The translations under genes and the position numbers were made by a program. A stretch of DNA of 64,000 nucleotides from a virus (Duplodnaviria > Caudoviricetes), in IMG/VR virus record IMGVR_UViG_3300028533_000484, positions 1-64,000 of that record; one strand, 5' to 3'. Positions within the stretch are counted from its first letter, which is position 1. Each line of letters starts with the position of its first letter. The notes beneath the pieces are model-generated. The model did no database searches. It was not told the DNA's origin and saw nothing but the letters and a program-made list of their open reading frames with translations. Below, piece after piece: positions 21,991-34,241 of the stretch.

Positions 21991-22344
21991 ATGGAAGTAA
22001 TTGCAGTAGATTACGATGGTACAATTACAAAGGATGGTGGGGATTATCCTAACGTAGGCGAGATAAAAGAGGGCTGCATTGAAACGTTAAAAGAGTTGCA
22101 AAAGCATTGTAAGATTGCTCTTTGGACTTGTAGAAGTGGAAAAGATCTAGATGATGCAATAATGTATCTTAGGTCTTTTGGATTTGAACCAGATTATATT
22201 AATACACAACCATTCACAACAGGTTCACCTAAAATGGTTGCATCTACATATATAGATGATATGGCTTTTCCTTATACTGCAGCCGCAAACGATTTTTGGA
22301 TTAAGTGGAAGAAGTTGCTTATAAAAGCTTTTTTGCTGATATAG
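21991..22344 (+). CDS. HAD-superfamily phosphatase
   Basis: IAVDYDGTI, WTCR and YIDD motifs. Confidence 0.8.
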   Translation: MEVIAVDYDGTITKDGGDYPNVGEIKEGCIETLKELQKHCKIALWTCRSGKDLDDAIMYLRSFGFEPDYINTQPFTTGSPKMVASTYIDDMAFPYTAAANDFWIKWKKLLIKAFLLI

Positions 22345-23094
22345 AGTTGAAAAGTATGAAAATAGAAGAAGTTACTCTAAAACTTGAAGAAGATTTATTG
22401 AATTTCTCAAACTTTTTTCTTAAGTTTCGCTTGCAAATAGATAGCTCTATTGATACTTTACAAGAATCTATTTTACTGAAAAAGTTAACAAAAGAATCTC
22501 AAAACTTGCTTTTAGGTATGAAAGAGTGTCAAATTCGAATTGACAAAGATATCTCAACTTTAGAAAGCATTTTAGAAAAGAAGTATCAATACAGTAAAAG
22601 TACTTGGTTTAGGTCAAATCGTAATGTAATAGATGCTTTTCAAACTTGCGAATCCATTTTTGCAGAGTACAATAAATTCTTGAGAAAAGATATCTCATTA
22701 TTGAAAGAAACTTTTGAAAAACTTGAAGAATCTATAAAAAAATTAAACAACCCTATCAAAGAGCATAACAAAACAGCTCAGCTTAAAATTGAAGAAATAT
22801 CTGAAAAGTATGAAACATTGCACAAAGTTGTAATTTTAGGTTTTAAAATTACTGAGCCAATTTTATTATCCTTTGAGGAATTTCAAAAACTATATCCCGA
22901 AGCAGATTTAGCTTTTTTAAGATACTTAAAATGTATCAACGCAGATTGTAACAGAAAAGAAGAGTGGAAATGGTTTAACGATTTGGAAAAGTATTTTGAC
23001 TCTTTTGAAGTTGGGAATTTTTCAAATGTAGTGTATCCAGATGCAAGTGTTGATAATCGAAAGAAAAAATAATCTTTTTTGAAATATTTTTTAA

Positions 23095-23122
23095 AGTCCT
23101 CAAGTTTGAGGACTCTTTTTTG
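23095..23122 (+). terminator. Intrinsic terminator
   Basis: AGTCCTCAA-GT-TTGAGGACT hairpin plus T-run. Confidence 0.6.
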
Positions 23123-24274
23123 CTTTTTTGAAAAAACTATGAAACTTTTTGTACAAGTTTCCCTATAATATTGTAGTATAAGGGAGTAAACAATGTTCAT
23201 TAGGAAAACTAGTAAAATTAACTCGATTAATAACAGAATTGAATCTTTTTTAAAAAATCATAACTATAAAAAGCAAGATAAAGACTGGTCAAAAGGTGAT
23301 GTAATCCCAGAAGATAATGTATGTCGCATTATTTACGATGAACATGAAGGATATAGTGTAAGTACGTTTTTTATAAATGTTGGCTCCGATAAAGAAAGGT
23401 ACAGTATTAAACTTAAAGTCACTTTTGATGGTGATCCAGAAAAGCCAGAATGGGGAATTTGTGAATATAAAATAACCCGAAACACAGATTCATCTGATAA
23501 TTTATCTTATTTTAAAGGACATGACTCAAGCGTAACACCATTACTTATTGACTTAGATACTGCAATTAAAATGGAAAAAGAAGATTGGGAAAGAATTGAT
23601 ACAAAATTTGACTAGAATATTGGTACTGTATTGAAAAGAAGCCAGGTATGAAATAAGAGGAGGTCGTACATGGATTGTATACAAACAACTTTGTTTTTGG
23701 ACACAATAGAGCAATTGAAAATTAAACATCCTTCTGTAGAGTTTATAGTGGAGACTATGGATTGTTGTAAACCAGATTTCTACATAACACTTCGTAGAGG
23801 AGATGTAGAATATTCTTTTAGAACACTTGGTTATAGTTTCACATATAATATGAAAAGATTATTCTGTAATGAAGTTATAGATGGCGAATTGCTTTGAGAC
23901 AGAAGGTTGATTGATTGGAGGTAAGTTATGTCTGAGCAAAAAGATGAAAAAATGGCAACCAAAAAGAATTCATTATTTGAACAAGAAGCGGTTAATAGAA
24001 TCTTACAGCAATTTGGAACAAAAGGAGAGTTGATTGTAAGAACACGAATATGGGAAGATGGTGCAAATTTCGGTTACGATAAAGGTTATCACGATGCGAA
24101 AGAACATTATCTTAATGTGATAGATAATCAGCACAAACTTGTAGATGAAGGCAAGAAGTTAATTGAACTATTGTTTGAAAGTGGAAATCTCTTCTTTGAA
24201 GATTATGAAGGAAAGGTTAGTCCAATAACTTACTGCGATATAAAAGATGGTAAGATTATTTTCAAGGAGTAACC

Positions 24275-24340
24275 GTGTTTGAGAAAGAAGCAAGTGAATA
24301 CGTGAAAGAAAATAAAGAGGTATATAGCAGCTGCTTATGA
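24275..24340 (+). pseudogene. Truncated 5' duplicate of the 24722..25030 gene
   Basis: GTGTTTGAGAAAGAAGCAAGTGAATACGTGAAAGAAAATAAAGAGGTATAT versus ATGTTCGAGAAAGAAGCAGATGAATACGCGAAAGAAAATAAAAAGGTATAT. Confidence 0.7.
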
Positions 24341-24721
24341 TCCTGAATTCGACGTACCTTTAGGTTAAGGAGGTTAAAATGGCAGATTTTGAATTTACAA
24401 AAAGACCTGATCCAGAGATCAAGTATGGTATGTTGCAACAGAATTCTAAAAAAGAAATCCAAGAATGGCTTGTCTACAATATGCGTAAGTTTCTTTTGAA
24501 TGAAATGCATATTCCTACTGGAAGTATTGCACCGCACAACAAAGAGCTTGAAAGCTTTTGTAAAGATATTTACAGAGAGTTGCACGATGTAGGTTATACA
24601 GAAGGCGTAGAAGCTACAGAGTACGATTTTGCAGAGAATGAAGGTCTTTAAAGTCTAAAGAGTTGTAAAAAGGATTTTTAAATTGATAGGAATAGCATTG
24701 GAAAAACTAAAGAGGTAAATT

Positions 24722-25030
24722 ATGTTCGAGAAAGAAGCAGATGAATACGCGAAAGAAAATAAAAAGGTATATGACAGTGATGAGTATGCAGATATTACTG
24801 ATTATAACAATGTTAAAGAAACCTTTCAGAAAGCTGTAGAGTTCGGGTATAACAAAGCTAATGAATGGCATTCCGTTTACGACGAGCTACCAAAAGAAAA
24901 CAAAAAGTATTGGGTTTTAACTTCTAGCGGAGAACCAAAAGTAGATGATTGGGTAAGTGTAAGCTGGGCTTACTCTGATGATATTATTGCCTGGAAAGAG
25001 ATTGTATATCCAAAGGATTTTAAGAGATGA
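24722..25030 (+). CDS. DUF551-like phage protein
   Basis: WHSVYDELP...IIAWKEI pattern. Confidence 0.5.
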   Translation: MFEKEADEYAKENKKVYDSDEYADITDYNNVKETFQKAVEFGYNKANEWHSVYDELPKENKKYWVLTSSGEPKVDDWVSVSWAYSDDIIAWKEIVYPKDFKR

Positions 25031-26898
25031 CTAAAGAAGAACTTTATAAAGATGTGGAAGATAAAGGTGTAGACTATGCAGATAGCATCGGAAGTACAAT
25101 TCCAAAATTTTCAGATAATGATGGCTATAGTTGGCTACAAGTAGAAGAAGCATACGAAAAAGGCGCTTTGGATTTTGCAGAACCTTTAATGCAACAGAAT
25201 GAGAAAATGAAGTCTTTGTTAAAAGAAATATATGAAGAATTTGGCTTTGGTGAGTTGGTAAAAGTAAGAAATGACTTACCTGCAGAAATACAAGAAATTT
25301 GTGAGCATGCAGAGTCAAAATCTCAATGGATAAATCAGCATGCGGAACAACTCATCAAAAGTAAAACATATATAAGAGAATTACTTGATTTTATCAAAGC
25401 AAAAGAAAATGGAGATGGTAGAACTCCAACACTATATTTTTATGAAAAGTATGAAAGGTTCTTAAAGGAGATAGAAGAATGAACTGCTCAGAATGTAACA
25501 AACAAATGAAGAAGTATTTATGGGGATTCACATATTTTTATGTTTGTGAAGACTGTGGAGATATAACTCTTACTAGTGAGGCAGAGGAATGAAGCTAGTA
25601 ATCGATATTCCTGAAGAGTTTGAAGAACATTACAACATGGATCATTTTGTAGATAGTTTCAAAAGGATAGAAACCGATATTAAAGTTCGTATAGGCACAG
25701 GTACTTTCAGTGGACTTTATGAGTTAGAACTCATAGAAATGTTAAGAGAAGCTTTTAGTAAGAACAGCTAGTATTGGAAGTGGAAGAATGACAGTAATAG
25801 TTGAATTTAGAACAGGTGGAAAAGAAGAAAACAAAGATGTTGAACGATATTGGCAAGATAGTCATTACTTGTATTTGAAGTTCAAGGAAGGCTGTAAAGT
25901 AAAGTATCGAAGATATATTCGCAGAAATGTGAAGTTAAATTGCATTGTGGATAGTGAAGTAATGGAGGTTGAATAATGGGTGAAATTTTATACTGTGTTG
26001 AAAATCAGTATAGTTCGGTTATTGCTAAAGACTTGAATATGGATAATGCGATGATCTTTGTAAGAGCTTTATTTGATCATTATTTTGATGAAGAAGATAT
26101 TGCTTTCACTGTAAGAAGACAAAACGAAGACAAAGAGGTAGAAAAATGACAGATAAGAAATATCCATATCTTGTTTACGGTTGGTTAGCCCCTGATGGAA
26201 AGTTTACTGAATGTAAACATGAAGAACATCGTTATGTTGCAAAAACAGTGTTCAAGTGTGATGAAAGAACTTTAGAAGAAAAAGGTTACATCAAGATTAC
26301 TTTTTCAATCTTCAATCATCAGAGAAAGGTAATATCTTGTAAAAGACCAACGCAAGCGCAGCAAGAGTTCCTTGACTCAAACGAGTTCAATAGTATTGTA
26401 GATGATATTTGGATTGGAGGTATGTAAAAGAATGAACGACCTTAAAAGCATAATTGAGGATGTAAACAAAAGTGACATTATCTCAAAGAAAGTGATTGAG
26501 AAGGTCATAGAGAAAATAGGTTGGGAAGAGTGGCAAGATTTATACGATGAGTATACCGATACTAGGACGACTACTGGAGAAGTTGTCATTACCTTGCGTA
26601 GCTTAGGACTAGAGAACGAACAATTGGAAGCACAAATTGGAAAGATGGCAAATTGTTGGAACTGTGCAAACTATAAAGTAGGTGATACAACTTGCTTAAA
26701 AGGTAAACCCCATAATAGTGGTGGATGTCTTAAAGACTGGGTGTTGCGGAAAGATAGGTGATAGAATGTCAGAAGAAGAATTAAAAGAAAAGTACTGTAG
26801 CAGATGTGCTAACAGTGACTGTGACCTTAATTGTATTGCAAAACAGAAAGCTCCTTTTAGTGACTTTGTTTGTAATAATGGAGAAATGTTTGAAGAAT

Positions 26899-27081
26899 AT
26901 GAAGAGTAATAAATATAGAAACAAAAAGAGTGGAGAAATCTATATTGTTCTTGGTGAAGTGATTGACTGTACAAACGAAAGAGATGGAACAATTTGCATT
27001 CTTTACAACGACGGTAAAAAATTATTTGTGAGAGAAAAGAAAGAGTTTTTTGAAAAGTTTGAAAAGGTTACGAAAAAATGA
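26899..27081 (+). CDS. DUF1653-like protein
   Basis: KYRNKKSG.IY.V...ILY...LFVRE..EF..KF. Confidence 0.6.
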   Translation: MKSNKYRNKKSGEIYIVLGEVIDCTNERDGTICILYNDGKKLFVREKKEFFEKFEKVTKK

Positions 27082-28197
27082 CAGGAAAAGAAGCAAAAAG
27101 ATGTGAAGAAATTTATCAAAGACTTAAAAATGAAAATCCTTGTATCTTTTGTGTTCAATATGACAATAGTTGTCAAATCGAGGGTTGTGACCCAACTTCC
27201 TTAAAAATGTATTATGAGAAAGGCTACCAAGAAATTGGGCCTTTCTTAAGGAATATTTATGTAAAAGAGCTTGAAGAAGAAAACGAAAAGCTAGAAGAGA
27301 AGCTTGAAAAATACAGAAAAGCTGTAGATAAGTGTTTACATATTACTTTTATTGGTCCTGGAAGCGAAGTTCATTCTGTTCCTGAGTTTGCAAGTTTAGT
27401 TGATAGCTATTTAACAGAAGTTGAAGGACTTCCAGTTTGGAAAAACTAAAGAGAGGTAAAAAATGATAGATAGAGACCTGGACAGAATTAACAGAGCAGA
27501 AGAAATACAACGTTACACAGAAAACAGATGCGAAGCTTTAGAAAAAGAAATCGCAGAACTGAGAGAAAAATGGTTACAAGCAACAGATGAAGGAACCAGC
27601 TGGGCTCGTCTAAAAAGTTTGGAAAATAAAAACGCAGAACTGGAAAAACAGAACAAGAAACTACTAGAAAGTTGTGCAGGTGCAACAATGATGCATGAAC
27701 ATCTCACCAAAGCAAAAGAATTTCTAAGATGGTTTGTATGGTATTTTAGAATGGGTTGCGCAAACCATATACCATATAAACAGAATGTTGAAGCAGTAGA
27801 ACAATTTTTAGAGGAAAGTAAATAAAATGAAGATCTTTTTTGCAGTAATGTTAGCTTTGTTATATTTAACAGTAGCGCCTTTCTTAGTATTGATATATGG
27901 CAGCATAGAAGCTTACAAACTTTATAAACATATTCTAGACTCTATTGAAGAGTATGATAAAGGAGATTCTGAATGAAGATGTTAATTACCTATCTAGGAG
28001 GTTTTATTTGTGGTATGGGAACCCTTCTTGTTATAGGAGGACACGATCCAATACCTACAATCATTGTAATGTTACTTATAACTTTCTTTAGTTTTTTCTT
28101 TTGTCATAAAATTCATAAGAAGAAGCAAAAGGAATATTATGATAGATTCAAAATGCGATAGATCAGAGGGCTTCACATCAACTAATTATGTTATACT

Positions 28198-29364
28198 ATG
28201 ATACATTCATTAGAGTTTAAAGAGTACAAGATTTACAGCAATAGAGTTATTCTTACTTTGGTACCTCTCTTTTGCATAATTATTTTTAGTATGTTCTTAA
28301 TCTTGGATGGTAATATACTAGCCAATGATTTCGGTTTAGGTGCCAAAGGATATTTGTATGTAGGACTCATAATATCCTTTGCAGATATTCCCACCATCAT
28401 CTATACAATCAAATGTTTCAATACCTTTTTCAGAATACGCAGAAAGCCTTTAAGGATTGAGTTGAAGGATCGAGTACCTCCATTTAATATCTGGAAAACA
28501 TATACTATCGTATATTATGTTTTTATGGTGGATGTTTTCCTGGTTACTTTTATGCCCATTAAGTACTGCGGTATTGTTGGTCAAATGGCATTCTGTATAG
28601 CATTTCTTTTAATAGGTAATGCAACTCTTCTTAAAAATTATATTCCAGCCAATATTGTATATGCAGTTGTTGCATTTTTAGGCTCTTGGTGTGCAAACAA
28701 GTTCACTCCACATACTTGGTTACACTGGGGCAACTCTTTAGTTTATCTACCTATTCAAATGACTGCACCAACAGTTATGTTGCTTATGTTTGCAATTTCA
28801 GTATTGAATAGAATAAATGAAATGGCAGATTTAAGAAATTGGAAGAATATTAAAAAATTGGAATATATGAACTCTCACGATGTACTGACAGGTGTTTACA
28901 ATAGACAAATGCTTGATCCTGAAAAGTTTAAGAATCATTACTTCTTATTGTTTGATATTGATTTTTTCAAAAAGGTTAATGATAATCTTGGTCACGATAT
29001 GGGTGATAAAGTTCTTAAAAAAGTAGTTCAGATTGTAGATGAAAACATCTCAAAAGAAGATATGATAATAAGATATGGCGGTGAAGAGTTTATAGTCTGG
29101 ATCAGTAAAGACGGTTCCAAGAGATCCATACATAAATTTGCAAACGATGTTAGAAAGAAGGTGAAAGAACAAACACTTAAGATACAGGATACTAACGATC
29201 CTGAATATGTACCTCCTATTACAATATCAATAGGAGTTGGTTATCATGATCCTAAATTTACTTTTGAGGAAAACATCAAAGTAGCAGATCAATATCTATA
29301 TGAAGCAAAAGAAAACGGTCGTAATAGAGTAATATCTATCATCAATTCCAAAAATCCTCGATAG
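28198..29364 (+). CDS. Membrane-bound diguanylate cyclase (GGDEF domain)
   Basis: About six hydrophobic helices, then HDVLTGVYNR, DIDFFKKVND..GH..GD, RYGGEEF, TISIG and ADQYLYEAK..GRNR. Confidence 0.93.
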   Translation: MIHSLEFKEYKIYSNRVILTLVPLFCIIIFSMFLILDGNILANDFGLGAKGYLYVGLIISFADIPTIIYTIKCFNTFFRIRRKPLRIELKDRVPPFNIWKTYTIVYYVFMVDVFLVTFMPIKYCGIVGQMAFCIAFLLIGNATLLKNYIPANIVYAVVAFLGSWCANKFTPHTWLHWGNSLVYLPIQMTAPTVMLLMFAISVLNRINEMADLRNWKNIKKLEYMNSHDVLTGVYNRQMLDPEKFKNHYFLLFDIDFFKKVNDNLGHDMGDKVLKKVVQIVDENISKEDMIIRYGGEEFIVWISKDGSKRSIHKFANDVRKKVKEQTLKIQDTNDPEYVPPITISIGVGYHDPKFTFEENIKVADQYLYEAKENGRNRVISIINSKNPR

Positions 29365-29836
29365 CTATAAAGCGAAAATTCACTATAATATTCAATGGAG
29401 ATAAAAATGAAAGACAAATATGTAGTTGATGATCTTTTATCAGAGCTTTTTCATCTTCAGGATCATGATATGGGTGATTTAGAAATTTATTTAGATCAAC
29501 CTAGACGCCGAATTAAAGGTATAAGACTTGAAGAAAATGGAAAGTTCGTAATTCTTGAGGAAGATATAACTTCCAAACCTTTGAAGTATCGCTGGGAAAT
29601 GACCTGTAAAGTGTGTCCAGAACAGTACGATGTATATAATGGAAAAAGACTTGTAGCTTATGTAAGATTCAGACACAGTATACTTACAGTAAATTGTCCA
29701 GATGTTGACGGTGAAATGGTCTTTATGAGGGAAGGTCAGGATAGTTATCCATTATCAGAATCTTGTAAAGCAGAAGTTGAAATTGCCATTTCAGAGTGGA
29801 TTGAAAAGAATAAAAAAATAATACCAAAGATTTTAT

Positions 29837-31510
29837 AGAAAAGCGAGCCAGAAAAATGCTGAGTCTTTAGCTCAGCATATGAATGGCTCTTAAAAATATA
29901 TTAACAACAAGCCACTTAAATGTAAAGCTTTTTAAAAGTTCCTACTTTTTATCTATAAAAACGAAAGCTACAAGAATTGGTCGTTCTCATAGCCTTCTAA
30001 ACAAAACAAATTAAACAGGAATTTGTAATGCCTAATACAGTTAGTTATAGAAGTGCGAATCTAGCACTTAAGCTAAAATTAAATCCGTCTCAAGAACAAA
30101 AATCCTATCTCGACAAGACTTTCGGATGTGTTAGGTTCATCTACAACTACCTTTTAAATTCAAGGAATCAATTCTACGAAAATTCTATAGTTCCACTTCG
30201 AAAACAATTCAACTATTACGAAAAAGTCCAAAAACTCGAAGAGCTTTCTAAAAGTCTAAAAGAAAACAAAACAGAAATTAAAGACTTGAAAGCTGTGCTG
30301 GAAGCTATCAAGAAAATTACAAATCAAGAATACAAGAAGTACAAAGAGCCTAAAGTATCAGAATTGACTAAACAATTTCCATTTTTAAAAGAAGCTAACG
30401 GACAAGGTAAAGCTAACGCAGTTATGAATTTAAGGTCAGCTTATTCAAACTTTTTCAGTGGAAAAGCAGAAGCTCCTAAGTTTCATTCCAAGAAAAACAA
30501 GCAGAGCTTCAAAGACTCAATGATGAAGCAGGACTTCTTGGACTGGAACTCTAAAACTGTAGACTTACCTAAAATCGGGAAAGTCAAATTTTCTCATAGA
30601 AATTTGCCAAAATGGTACAAAGACAGAACAAAAGTTTGTAGCTACACCTGTAGTAGAGCACCTAACGGAAAATACTACATCACAATTCTTTTTGAAGTCA
30701 AATTAGACTTCAAAGAAAAAGTTAAAATCGAAGACCTAGACGAAAACCAAGTCATAGGATTGGATTTTGACTGTGATGATATGTACATAGATTCAAACGG
30801 AAAATCTGCATTAAAAGATTTTGGATTCAAGAAACAAAAGCAAGAACACTTAAAGCAACTTTCTCATTTACAAAGGCAATATGCTAGAAAAGTTAAAGGT
30901 TCTAAGAACAAAGAAAATCTTAGAGTCAAGATAGCTTCTTTGGAAGAGCACATTGCTAATGCAAGGATGGATTGGATAGAAAAAGAGTCTTTAAGACTGA
31001 CAAAGGAAAACCAACTTATCGGTCTGGAAGATTTGTCTATTAAAGGAATGATGAAATGGTCAAGAAACGCAAAGAACTATCAAGACATAGCTTGGTCTAC
31101 TTTCGTTTCTAAATTAAAATGGAAAGGCAAAAGATACGGATGCCACATTATCAAAGTTGACAAATTCTTTGCCTCTTCACAGACTTGTTCTTGTTGTGGT
31201 TTTAAGAATCCAGAAGTTAAGAAATTCCATTTGGAGAATTGGAAATGTCCGAGTTGCGGACAAGTCCACCAAAGAGACTTCAATGCTGCGAAGAATATCA
31301 GCAGCGAAGCTATAAGAGTACTCAGGGAAGCTGAGGAAAACCAGGAAAAATCCGAAAGGATGTCAAAAGACACTGGTAGCGTGTTGTCAACTTCATTGTT
31401 GGCTAATCTGGCACTCGCAGAGGCGAGCTAAGGGTAATGCACGAAACAATCTCCTAACACGCTTAGCTGTTAGGGGAATATGCTTGGTCTTTAGCCAAGC
31501 ATAGCTTCAA
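29837..31510 (+). mobile_element. IS200/IS605-family (IS1341-like) element, TnpB only
   Basis: Subterminal hairpins TGCTGAG-TCTTTAG-CTCAGCA (29857) and TGCTTGG-TCTTTAG-CCAAGCA (31481); TTTAT at left junction; TTCAA right end; no tnpA. Confidence 0.85.
30028..31431 (+). CDS. tnpB: TnpB RNA-guided endonuclease
   Basis: FGCVRFIYN, RuvC I IGLD, RuvC II LEDL, zinc finger CSCC..CPSC, RuvC III RDFNAAKNI. Confidence 0.93.
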   Translation: MPNTVSYRSANLALKLKLNPSQEQKSYLDKTFGCVRFIYNYLLNSRNQFYENSIVPLRKQFNYYEKVQKLEELSKSLKENKTEIKDLKAVLEAIKKITNQEYKKYKEPKVSELTKQFPFLKEANGQGKANAVMNLRSAYSNFFSGKAEAPKFHSKKNKQSFKDSMMKQDFLDWNSKTVDLPKIGKVKFSHRNLPKWYKDRTKVCSYTCSRAPNGKYYITILFEVKLDFKEKVKIEDLDENQVIGLDFDCDDMYIDSNGKSALKDFGFKKQKQEHLKQLSHLQRQYARKVKGSKNKENLRVKIASLEEHIANARMDWIEKESLRLTKENQLIGLEDLSIKGMMKWSRNAKNYQDIAWSTFVSKLKWKGKRYGCHIIKVDKFFASSQTCSCCGFKNPEVKKFHLENWKCPSCGQVHQRDFNAAKNISSEAIRVLREAEENQEKSERMSKDTGSVLSTSLLANLALAEAS

Positions 31511-32222
31511 TAAAGATTAAAAGACTAAAAAAGAGTAGAGACTGGAAAAGAATCCTAAAGAAAAAGTAGAAACCTCTCCCAAAGGAACACCTATAATATT
31601 TGTTGCGAGGTACGATTATGTTTTTTAAAGAAGGAATGACAGTCAACGATTTGAAGAAAATTGTTGACAAAGCAATTGATGCAGGTTTTGAAGATGCAAC
31701 TGTATTGGTTCAGGCTGATGCAGATGGAATCTCAGATATCGTAGTTAACGGTTATGAAGGCCACGGTTACAGCTTTGGGGGAGATGAAAAGATCTTCAGC
31801 CTAGTTTCTGTAAAGGATGAAAAACAGTACAGAAATATTTATGGGAATTAAATATGGGAGCAATAAACATAATTTTACAGACAGCTATTGATGCAATCGA
31901 GGAAGTCGGCAAAAAGGACGACCATTGGAACGATGGATACCATTTCAAAGCAGATACTATGACTCGCTCTGTAGATGATATTACAATTAAAGCTGATGGA
32001 GACGAATTTGTCTTAGCTTGTGTTTGGAAAAATTTACCTAGCTATAAACCTATGTTACCAAACATTAAACATGCTTTTGATAATTATGGTTGGTTTGTAA
32101 GAGATAAAACCGAAGTAACGAAACTTATTTCCGATTTGATATACTATGCAAGCAACGATCCAAATGCAGCAGATGCTTGCAAAGCAGCAGAAACTTTCTT
32201 AAACAATTTGTAAGGAAAAATA

Positions 32223-32251
32223 AAAGGCTTCTATTTCTAGAAGCCTTTTTT
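32223..32251. terminator. Bidirectional intrinsic terminator
   Basis: AAAAGGCTTCTA-TTTC-TAGAAGCCTTTT between convergent genes. Confidence 0.75.
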
Positions 32252-32252
32252 A

Positions 32253-33296
32253 CTATTCTTGTTGTTCAATATCTACAGTTACACCTTCATCTTCGTGATA
32301 GTATGCAATTTTGTCAAGTGCATCTTCTGCATCTTTTGTTACACTATCAACGTAATCTTCGAAAGAATCATAATCATCTTCCCAATCTTCATATGTATTG
32401 ATTTTTATTCTTACAGTATACTCTAAAGTTTTTGACTGCTTTTCAGAGTCACTAATTCCTAAACTCCTAAACACTTTTCTAACTTCTGGACTTGCTCTTT
32501 TGACGTCGTATAGGTCGATGTAAACATCTCCTAAGTATTCGATCATTTGATTGCTATCTACCCAGTTACAACCTGATTGACCGAAATCTTTACTGAATAC
32601 ATATACTGTACTATTCTCCAAAAAAGCTTCTAAAGCTTCGTCCTCAGTTTCATAACCCTCTTCTTCATAACCTTCGTATCCGTGAGCGTTACCCTGATCA
32701 GGATATGCACCACCTTCAATTGACTCTAAGGTAGCTACATCTTCTCCAAAAGGACCAATATTTTGAATATGTATATACTCTCCTAAACCTTCTTCATAAA
32801 GCTTATCTATCATTTTAATAGTTACATTGTTAAATTCACCATAAGCTTCTTTTAGAGATTTACGCCCTGATTGTTTCTTAGGTCCTATAATTCCTAAACG
32901 TCTAAATACTTTTTTAGCTTCTGGATCTGCTCTTTCAACTGAATCTAGATCAATGTAGACATCGCTTAAATAATTCTCCATTGAAGTTTCATCCATCCAG
33001 TTACAACCTGTTTGTCCAATGTCCAAACCGAATACAAATACTTTATTGTCTTGTAGATAAGCTTCTAATGCTTCCTCTTCACTATCATAGCCTTCGTTTT
33101 CGTAGTTTTCATAACCATAAGCCCAGCCGTCGAAACCGTAATCTGCACCTTCAATTCTCTCCAAAACACATTCCTCGTTTTCATAAGGTCCCACGTGTCG
33201 GATATTTACATAATCTCCTAAACCTTCGTCGTAAAGTTTAGTAATCATTTTAAGAGTTAAGTTATTAAACTCATTACTTTCCTTTAAACGTCTCAT
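32253..33296 (-). CDS. Acidic protein with two tandem ~145-aa domains; probable virion head protein
   Basis: LKESNEFNNLTLKMITKLYDEGLG repeated as LKEAYGEFNNVTIKMIDKLYEEGLG. Confidence 0.55.
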   Translation of the reverse strand: MRRLKESNEFNNLTLKMITKLYDEGLGDYVNIRHVGPYENEECVLERIEGADYGFDGWAYGYENYENEGYDSEEEALEAYLQDNKVFVFGLDIGQTGCNWMDETSMENYLSDVYIDLDSVERADPEAKKVFRRLGIIGPKKQSGRKSLKEAYGEFNNVTIKMIDKLYEEGLGEYIHIQNIGPFGEDVATLESIEGGAYPDQGNAHGYEGYEEEGYETEDEALEAFLENSTVYVFSKDFGQSGCNWVDSNQMIEYLGDVYIDLYDVKRASPEVRKVFRSLGISDSEKQSKTLEYTVRIKINTYEDWEDDYDSFEDYVDSVTKDAEDALDKIAYYHEDEGVTVDIEQQE

Positions 33297-34241
33297 ATAA
33301 TCTCCTTATATACAAATAAGTAAGAATTTTTCAAAACGATATCTCCTATATTGTAAATATGAATAAATCTGAAATGAAAAAAATCATGAAAGAACCTTTT
33401 TCTGAGATTACGAAAGCAATCAAAGACAAAGATGTTAACAAGGAATTAAAAGCTATAAACGATCTACTAAGCGTATGCGAAGATTTAAGATGTTTAGCAG
33501 AAAAAAGAAAGCAAACTATTACCGATGGTATGATACGTTGCAAATGTGGACATTATTTCAAAACTAATCCTAAAAAACACTATGTAACCGAACGTATAGT
33601 ATGTAAACCTACTTTTTGGGATTCGGGTTACGGTGACGACGATAGATATGCTGATTTTAGGATTAAAGACCTCTATGAGAATTGTCCTAAATGCCAAGAA
33701 CCTGTAACATTAAAGTTAGCTTTTTTTGAAGATCAAATACCAGGTACAGAAAGAGATCGTTGGGGAAAGGTATATAGTTAAAGGTGGATTTATAGATGAT
33801 TGAAAATGTTAAAATAGGAATGACAGTTTTTGCTTTTCACACTATACACGATCCTATAGTAGAAGGAACTGTAAAAGATCCTACAATCAGAGAAACAACT
33901 TTCGGAGGAGCAACATCTAATCCAAAAACTTACAAAAGCATCAAATCCGTAGACTGGAAGTATTATATAGCAGATGAAAACGGTATAAGAAGCGAAACTG
34001 CAGGTTTTGGAAGCAGCGGTTGCTATCTTGAAAATACATTTTCGACTGCAAAAGAAGCTTTCGAAGTAAAAGAAAAGTTGATTGAGGATTATCGTGAAAA
34101 GCTTAGAAGTGAAATCACAGATGTAGAATCTCTCTTTAGATTTCCTCTTAATCACTGTGTAATCGGAAACGAGTATACAGATTGGTATGCAAGGGCTGTA
34201 TATGAAGAATATATCGAAAAATATAAGAAAGGAGAATTAAA

